Part shown: piece by piece, positions 5,007 through 10,105 of the stretch
How positions within the stretch are numbered: the first letter of the stretch is position 1
Layout: the number at the start of each line of letters is the position of its first letter
Virus record (IMG/VR): IMGVR_UViG_3300027798_000013
DNA: 10,105 nt
From: a virus
Lineage: Duplodnaviria; Heunggongvirae; Uroviricota; Caudoviricetes
Strand: one strand, 5' to 3'
Position numbers and translations under genes: made by a program
Notes under the pieces: model-generated
What the model saw: the letters and a program-made list of their open reading frames with translations, nothing else
Database searches by the model: none
What the model was told of the DNA's origin: nothing

Positions 5007-5177
5007 ATGGCTGGCAAAGCGAAATCGGTTTACCTCACAGTAACTACAATGGATCACAAATCAGTTTTTCATCGTATGTTTTTCAATGCAAAGCAATACA
5101 ACGATTTTGTTAACACAGACGAATTCAAAGCAAAGTATCCAACCACTGAATTTAAAATTGTAAAAGAAGTTTATTAA
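5007..5177 (+). CDS. Small hypothetical protein (56 aa, not in ORF track)
   Basis: Hand translation MAGKAKSVYLTVTTMDHKSVFHRMFFNAKQYNDFVNTDEFKAKYPTTEFKIVKEVY*; AAGGAG RBS 6 nt upstream; directly after promoter. Confidence 0.85.
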   Translation: MAGKAKSVYLTVTTMDHKSVFHRMFFNAKQYNDFVNTDEFKAKYPTTEFKIVKEVY

Positions 5178-5179
5178 TT

Positions 5180-5347
5180 ATGAAAATTCGATTTAACAAA
5201 GACACAATGCCTGACGAACTGTACAATTCGCTGTTAAAACATTTTGTGAACGAAGCAGTTGGACTTGGAGTTGAAGTAAATAAGTTTACCCAGTTTGAGA
5301 ATTGGGTAGTTGAATGTGACGTGGATGTGAAAGAAGCAGTGCATTAA
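5180..5347 (+). CDS. Small hypothetical protein (55 aa, not in ORF track)
   Basis: Hand translation MKIRFNKDTMPDELYNSLLKHFVNEAVGLGVEVNKFTQFENWVVECDVDVKEAVH*; fills the gap exactly, with TAATG coupling to the kinase gene. Confidence 0.8.
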   Translation: MKIRFNKDTMPDELYNSLLKHFVNEAVGLGVEVNKFTQFENWVVECDVDVKEAVH

Positions 5348-5829
5348 TGCCCAAGTGTTATCAATTAATCGGAGTGCCTGCCGCAGGTAAAAGTACTTGG
5401 TACAACAATCAAGATTGGCTAGGCGAGGACAAAGAAGGTCACAAGTATGTTTCTACAGATCAGCATGTTGAAGGATATGCGCAGGATCAAGGAAAAACAT
5501 ACAGTGAAGTTTTTACAGAATACATGCCCACTGCTATCAAGCAGATGATGGTGAATGTCAATATGGCATCTGCACTTCAGATGGACATTGTTTGGGATCA
5601 GACCAGCACTACTGTTGCAAGTCGTGCTCGTAAATTCAATGCATTGCCAGAGTCTTTGAATTATGAACATATTGCTGTAGTGTTCCGTACTCCAGATTTG
5701 GATGTACTCAAAGAACGTTTAGCCAGTCGTCCTGGCAAAGATGTTCCTTGGGAAGTTGTACAGGGCATGATTGATAATTGGGAAGAACCGTCCCTAGAAG
5801 AAGGTTTCAAAGAAATTTGGAGAGTATAA
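5347..5829 (+). CDS. P-loop kinase, polynucleotide-kinase-like (AAA_33 type)
   Basis: Walker A GVPAAGKST, VSTD, DIVWDQTS..ASR, lid LKERLASR, and C-terminal VP.EVV..M...EEP..EEGF resemble the T4 Pnkp kinase domain family. Confidence 0.8.
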   Translation: MPKCYQLIGVPAAGKSTWYNNQDWLGEDKEGHKYVSTDQHVEGYAQDQGKTYSEVFTEYMPTAIKQMMVNVNMASALQMDIVWDQTSTTVASRARKFNALPESLNYEHIAVVFRTPDLDVLKERLASRPGKDVPWEVVQGMIDNWEEPSLEEGFKEIWRV

Positions 5830-6053
5830 TGAGAGTTGAATACATTAATGGTCGTAATCTAATGTGCGGCTACATTTACCCACTAGTAGAACTTGCTGTG
5901 GGACAAGAATGGGCACAAGCAGATGGAGTTGACAGGGTTGTAACTATTCGTGAAATTGAAGGCAGTACTATTCGCTACGGTGATCACGCCAGTGATACAC
6001 TATACGAAAAGGATCAATTTTCTTTTCAAACACGATATTGCAGGGTAGTATAG
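5829..6053 (+). CDS. Hypothetical phage protein
   Basis: Start moved to ATG 5829 (TAATG coupling); 74 aa, MRVEYINGRN... Confidence 0.7.
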   Translation: MRVEYINGRNLMCGYIYPLVELAVGQEWAQADGVDRVVTIREIEGSTIRYGDHASDTLYEKDQFSFQTRYCRVV

Positions 6054-6066
6054 CCAAAACGAGCAG

Positions 6067-6095
6067 TTGACAAACTCTCCTTTTGGTTGTATAAT
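6067..6095 (+). promoter_or_regulatory. sigma70-type promoter (perfect consensus)
   Basis: TTGACA 6067-6072, 17-nt spacer, TATAAT 6090-6095; AGGAGG RBS 6113-6118, ATG 6121/6124. Confidence 0.9.
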
Positions 6096-6120
6096 ATACA
6101 ATTAAACAAGAAAGGAGGGC

Positions 6121-6729
6121 ATGATGCCTAGTGTATTTTTAGTCAGCGACACGCATTTCGGACACACCGGCGTCTGTCGCTTCACACGTAACGATGGTGT
6201 CACAAAACTTCGCCCATGGGATTCGGCTGAGGAAATGGACGAAGCAATGGTCAAGGCCTGGAACGAACGTGTTAAACCCACTGACAAGGTCTACCATTTA
6301 GGTGACGTTGTTATTAACCGTAAATCGTTAAAAATCATGAGCCGTTTAAACGGTGACAAAGTTTTAATCCGTGGCAACCACGATATCTTTAGAGACGACG
6401 AATACCGTATGTACTTTAGAGAGCTTAGAGCTTATCACGTTATGAATGGCATGATCCTTAGCCATATTCCGTTACATTCGGATTCAATGGGTCGTTTTGG
6501 TACAAACATTCACGGACACACTCACGCAAATCGTGTGAAACGAGCCCGTGGAGTTGATGCTAGAACTGGAGAAGTTCTATACAGCGATGAGCCCGATGTG
6601 CGCTATCATTGTGTATGCGTGGAACAAACTCCAGACTTTGCTCCAATTCTGTTTGAAGATGTCATAAAGAACATTGAAGCAGAAGGCGGATCAATAGGAT
6701 TTAAGAGTGGAAACGGTCCTACTATGTAA
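6121..6729 (+). CDS. Calcineurin-like metallophosphoesterase
   Basis: All five motifs in order: SDTHFGH, HLGD, RGNHD, LSHIP, HGHTH. Confidence 0.92.
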   Translation: MMPSVFLVSDTHFGHTGVCRFTRNDGVTKLRPWDSAEEMDEAMVKAWNERVKPTDKVYHLGDVVINRKSLKIMSRLNGDKVLIRGNHDIFRDDEYRMYFRELRAYHVMNGMILSHIPLHSDSMGRFGTNIHGHTHANRVKRARGVDARTGEVLYSDEPDVRYHCVCVEQTPDFAPILFEDVIKNIEAEGGSIGFKSGNGPTM

Positions 6730-6743
6730 TATAGTAGCACTTT

Positions 6744-6770
6744 AATAGGGCCTTTGGGCCCTATTTTTTT
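6744..6770 (+). terminator. Rho-independent terminator
   Basis: AATAGGGCC-TTTG-GGCCCTATT followed by a T run to 6770. Confidence 0.9.
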
Positions 6771-6792
6771 GACTATGCCTTCTGCTGTAGAG

Positions 6793-6800
6793 AATAAATA
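6793..6800 (+). promoter_or_regulatory. T4-late-like promoter box (AATAAATA)
   Basis: 7/8 match to TATAAATA, just after the terminator and upstream of a virion-type gene. The leader then forms GTATATA(6801-07)/TATATAC(6834-40) enclosing GGGGC/GCCCC, ending just before the GGAG RBS. Confidence 0.45.
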
Positions 6801-6850
6801 GTATATAAGAACTTGGGGCCGTGCCCCTACTAGTATATACGGAGATATCA

Positions 6851-7924
6851 ATGGCGCTACAAATAAGACGAGGAACCGATGCTCAAAGACAAACTATTGC
6901 CTTTAAAGCGGGAGAATTAATTTACACAACCGATCTTAAAGACATATATGTGGGCGACGGCGTAACCAATGGCGGAACTCAATTGTCTCCTGTTAAAAGT
7001 GTTAACGGATCTACTGGAACAGTTGTGTTAACAACAGATCAAGTTACGCAAGGTTCAACAAACAAATACTATTCAGTAACTCAAGCGAAGATTGATTCGG
7101 GTGCGGCTTTAGTAGCCGGAAACGCTGGCAATACTGGAATTACATTCAGTTATAATGGAAGTACAAACGTAATCAATGCAGTTGTTACAAATGTAGGTGG
7201 TTTATCAACAGTTTCTGGAGATCTTACACCTTCATTAGGCGGTAACCTAACATTGAACAGTCGAAATATTGTAGGCACTGGACTTATCAATATCACAGGT
7301 AATATCACTGCCTCCAACGGCAGTATCAGTAATAGCACCCTTACGTTAACAACTAATTCCATTACAACTACTAATCAGGTAATTAGTCTAGGTACTCCAA
7401 CTGTAAGTTCTGTAGTAAACATCTATCCAAGCGCCAGTAATGCTGTGAATGTCTATGGACCACCAGGCGTGGCCTTGGAATTTTTTGCGTCAAAAGGAAC
7501 CCTTGCCTCTCCTACCACGCTGATAGCCGACGACGGCTGTGGCGGTGTTAAATTTGCCGGATATAATTCAAGCGGTATTTACCAAACAGTGGCTAGTATA
7601 TTTGCAGTATACAAGGGCCCGACTAACGATCTTACAGACCCTGATAAGAAATCCCAAGGTATATTAGGTTTCACTGTAGGAGATGGAGATGCAACAGTGG
7701 TACGGGCAACCCTTGACCAATACGGTATATTTAATGCTCCTATACTTGCAACTACATTATACTCTGCGGCTGGTACAGCAATTCCAAGTGCGACTAGCAG
7801 TGGTCGCGGCGCAAGAGCATTTGTATCCGATGCCACCGTGGCTACATTTGCAACAGCATACACCAGCGGCGGATCAAACATGGTTCCGGTTTACTCAGAC
7901 GGTGCTATTTGGCGTATTGGATAA
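6851..7924 (+). CDS. Tail fibre / virion structural protein (Mtd-N-like N-terminus)
   Basis: Start at ATG 6851 (GGAG 6841-6844). MALQIRRGT...GELIYTTD..IYVGDGVTNGG, then SVNGSTGTVVLTTD...TNKYY; G/S/T/N-rich body; C-terminal GARAFVSDA...VPVYSDGAIWRIG. Confidence 0.7.
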   Translation: MALQIRRGTDAQRQTIAFKAGELIYTTDLKDIYVGDGVTNGGTQLSPVKSVNGSTGTVVLTTDQVTQGSTNKYYSVTQAKIDSGAALVAGNAGNTGITFSYNGSTNVINAVVTNVGGLSTVSGDLTPSLGGNLTLNSRNIVGTGLINITGNITASNGSISNSTLTLTTNSITTTNQVISLGTPTVSSVVNIYPSASNAVNVYGPPGVALEFFASKGTLASPTTLIADDGCGGVKFAGYNSSGIYQTVASIFAVYKGPTNDLTDPDKKSQGILGFTVGDGDATVVRATLDQYGIFNAPILATTLYSAAGTAIPSATSSGRGARAFVSDATVATFATAYTSGGSNMVPVYSDGAIWRIG

Positions 7925-7938
7925 CAAATTCAATTGAT

Positions 7939-7964
7939 AAAAAGGACCTTCGGGTCCTTTTTTT
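7939..7964 (+). terminator. Rho-independent terminator (UUCG tetraloop)
   Basis: AAAAGGACC-TTCG-GGTCCTTTT plus T run; an A run on the 5' side could make it bidirectional. Confidence 0.92.
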
Positions 7965-7978
7965 ATGATATATAGTGT

Positions 7979-8716
7979 ATGGAAAATAAAATCGTAGAGC
8001 ATACTCATCACATACAAGATCATCATGATATAGACAGTATCTGTTTGTCCGCCCTACGAGTCGACACAATGCCAGGATATTGCTGGCCGTTAGATATCTC
8101 AGTAGATACAGAATTATTATTAGAAGGTTGGTTTGATTTATTTCGTAATTTAGGTTATTCTTATAAATTGATTGTAGAAATGCTACGTGACGATTTTGTA
8201 GGAAAATACAAGCAGTTAGGAAATCCCAAAGACCCTATTGCATGGGATATGAATCTAACACATTACCCGGAATTAACCGGAGATGATCGTTGGCGTAAAT
8301 TTAGGGGAACTGTAGAATGGATAAAAGACGATGGCGGTGATCCCAAACGTGCGACCGAGATTTTATCAGAGATAAAAAATACATATTTAGAACAACTAAT
8401 TAAAACTTTGTTTGAGCATCATGCTAAAACTTTCGATAGAGAATTCAAAGGACAACTAAACGTTACGTGGGTTGGGCCTGGGCAACGATACAATCTACAC
8501 AACGATTCTAATATACATTTAAGATATCATATTCCAATAATAACAAATCCAAACGCATTTTGGATATTTCAAGATCCAGTTGATTTTAACAAATACTATA
8601 AAATGCACATGCCGCTGGGTAGTGTATGGATGTTAAATCCTGTTGACATAGTTCATACTGTAGTAAATCAATGGGATACTGCGAGAGCACACTTACTGCT
8701 GTCTGAGTTTAAGTAA
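7979..8716 (+). CDS. Asp/Asn beta-hydroxylase-like 2OG-Fe(II) oxygenase
   Basis: LHND (HxD), RYHIPIITNP, GSVWMLN, HTVVN (distal His), RAHL (2OG-binding Arg). Confidence 0.8.
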   Translation: MENKIVEHTHHIQDHHDIDSICLSALRVDTMPGYCWPLDISVDTELLLEGWFDLFRNLGYSYKLIVEMLRDDFVGKYKQLGNPKDPIAWDMNLTHYPELTGDDRWRKFRGTVEWIKDDGGDPKRATEILSEIKNTYLEQLIKTLFEHHAKTFDREFKGQLNVTWVGPGQRYNLHNDSNIHLRYHIPIITNPNAFWIFQDPVDFNKYYKMHMPLGSVWMLNPVDIVHTVVNQWDTARAHLLLSEFK

Positions 8717-9397
8717 AATTAAGTCAGCAAATGCTCGGTGAGCTGTTTGATTATAATGGTTCAATGGCAACTGCTCGTATCCTTGTTTCAAACACCAAGA
8801 ATTAAAATCTTCAAATAAAATTTTACTAGCGTCAGTATTCGGCACTGTATTAAAAATATTACTAAATCCAAAAATATGAAGATAGTTTGCAGACAAGTTC
8901 TTACATGCTTGGTCAACATAAAATAATATATTTTCTACACCATCAGTGTTTACCCGTAGCATATTTTCAATAAAATATTTGTTGATAGGGTGTTTTTTTA
9001 AATTATTATTGAATTGATCACCACTCCACTGTATACCCAATTGAATATAATCAGTATTGTCTCTAGCGTAGAAATTTCCGCTATCGGGGTAGTACACCTC
9101 TGTTCGATGTGGTTCAGTATACAAAAATAATACTAAACTGTTGGGATGATCTGCCAGTGCTTTGGGTAACAGTCTTAAACTTCTGTCGTTACTGCCCCCG
9201 CTTAATGCGTAATTGTAACAAGGGATATTTAAACTGTCAGCTACTAGTTTAGGAAAAGCAAACGGTTTAGTTTGGCTGTCCATTTCTTCCAAACTTAAAT
9301 CACCTTTGATATAGTCATTGACAATTTCTTGTCCCAACAGTTCGCAACCAGCAACGTGGCTATCACCAAATGCTAGCACAGAGTCATATTGAATCAT
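8693..9397 (-). CDS. SGNH/GDSL hydrolase-like protein
   Basis: N-terminal AFGDSH (GDS nucleophile), NYALSGGSND block, C-terminal NHYNQTAH candidate catalytic His region. Confidence 0.65.
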   Translation of the reverse strand: MIQYDSVLAFGDSHVAGCELLGQEIVNDYIKGDLSLEEMDSQTKPFAFPKLVADSLNIPCYNYALSGGSNDRSLRLLPKALADHPNSLVLFLYTEPHRTEVYYPDSGNFYARDNTDYIQLGIQWSGDQFNNNLKKHPINKYFIENMLRVNTDGVENILFYVDQACKNLSANYLHIFGFSNIFNTVPNTDASKILFEDFNSWCLKQGYEQLPLNHYNQTAHRAFADLILLKLRQQ

Positions 9398-9987
9398 AAA
9401 GTGTACTCTGTGCTTAGAATAGTATCAACATGACTAACTGGAATTTTGAAAATCAAATGAGCACGTTCAGTTGTTCCTTGATTATCCGTTGCATGAGTGA
9501 TACTAGTGTTAACCAAATAAGCATGGCCCGTTTCTAAAACAAACTTTTCACCTTCGTATAGAAAATAGCTGAGAGTGTTAGTTTCGATTGGGATATGGAT
9601 TTTCCAATGGTCTGACAGATATTCCTCTACATCAATATGCCAGGGCAACTTTGATCCAGGATAATGCACTGTGATTACTGTTTGTTTTACTTCAGGAAAT
9701 GCATCTATGATCTTTTTACCAAAACCAAATACTAATTCAGTTGGCCTATCAAAGTCCCCAACGAAATCATTTTCGTCATCAGTGGGCAAATGATAAGGGC
9801 TACACGGACGGGTAGCATCTTTCATTTTAGTTTGTATTGCCCAACTGTATGCTAGGTCACTAAATTCTCCAGGAGGCGCTTGCCACTTCATATGATCATA
9901 GTCGTGTTTAAGGGTATGATAATATGCGACCAGTTCTGCATGATTAAACTTAACATTGTCTAACCGTTGTATTTTAAAATCTAGCAT
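9394..9987 (-). CDS. Asp/Asn beta-hydroxylase-like 2OG-Fe(II) oxygenase
   Basis: PGSKLPWHID (HxD), KIHIPIETN, GHAYLVNT..HATDN, ERAHLIF; ATGA overlap with the SGNH gene. Confidence 0.85.
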   Translation of the reverse strand: MLDFKIQRLDNVKFNHAELVAYYHTLKHDYDHMKWQAPPGEFSDLAYSWAIQTKMKDATRPCSPYHLPTDDENDFVGDFDRPTELVFGFGKKIIDAFPEVKQTVITVHYPGSKLPWHIDVEEYLSDHWKIHIPIETNTLSYFLYEGEKFVLETGHAYLVNTSITHATDNQGTTERAHLIFKIPVSHVDTILSTEYTL

Positions 9988-9991
9988 TGAA

Positions 9992-10005
9992 TATTTATAT
10001 AAGTA
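9992..10005. promoter_or_regulatory. Overlapping divergent T4-late-like boxes
   Basis: TATAAATA on the minus strand (9999-9992) and TATAAGTA on the plus strand (9998-10005), each exactly 4 nt before an ATG, with no room for a Shine-Dalgarno. Confidence 0.55.
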
Positions 10006-10009
10006 TATT

Positions 10010-10105
10010 ATGATGAAAATTTTATGTACAGGAAATCCAAAAGATGGAATCGCTTGCTCGTTAAAAGCAATATACCCTGATACTACGTTTATTTCCAGAT
10101 CAAAC
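10010..10105 (+). CDS. Truncated ORF, probable SDR/NAD(P)-binding Rossmann protein N-terminus
   Basis: MMKILCTGNPKDGIACSLKAIYPDTTFISRSN runs off the window; KILxTG..xGI and SR resemble the first beta-alpha-beta unit of SDRs. Confidence 0.5.
   Translation, partial: MMKILCTGNPKDGIACSLKAIYPDTTFISRSN

Noticed and set aside
4880-5113. 77-aa plus-strand ORF and ORF-track starts at 4152, 5778 and 6821
   Set aside because: 4880-5113 spans a promoter and overlaps better-supported genes; the other starts have downstream ATGs with translational coupling or a clear RBS (4197, 5829, 6851).
7150-7937. ORFs 7150-7362, 7579-7881 and 7683-7937 within the tail-fibre gene
   Set aside because: Alternative-frame by-products of a low-complexity G/S/T-rich coding sequence.

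Overview
This window most likely comes from a large dsDNA (T4-like or jumbo) bacteriophage. That is inferred from dense short ORFs, CCA-encoding tRNAs, consensus sigma70 promoters, T4-late-like TATAAATA boxes and a tail-fibre-like gene. Left part: an atypical tRNA-Ile(UAU), an RNA polymerase omega (rpoZ)-like gene, tRNA-Val(UAC) and tRNA-Cys(GCA). These are followed by a ~600-nt non-coding array of four covarying RNA stem modules with an invariant ACAGCAA motif, directly upstream of a TROVE-like/vWA (DUF2828-type) gene. A second structured intergenic segment follows that gene. Middle: three sigma70-driven gene clusters (SWIM-finger protein, GIY-YIG-like nuclease, CX5R phosphatase, P-loop kinase, metallophosphoesterase, small hypotheticals). 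In each, the promoter spacer is complementary to the downstream ribosome-binding site. Right: a tail-fibre-like gene between two terminators, then an AT-rich cassette (two Asp/Asn beta-hydroxylase-like 2OG-Fe(II) oxygenases, an SGNH hydrolase-like protein, a truncated SDR-like gene) with apparently leaderless late-type promoters. The strongest candidate for an undescribed system is the ACAGCAA ncRNA array plus TROVE/vWA protein; two modules carry tRNA anticodon-loop mimics. All family calls are from motif recognition by eye; no database search or folding program was run.
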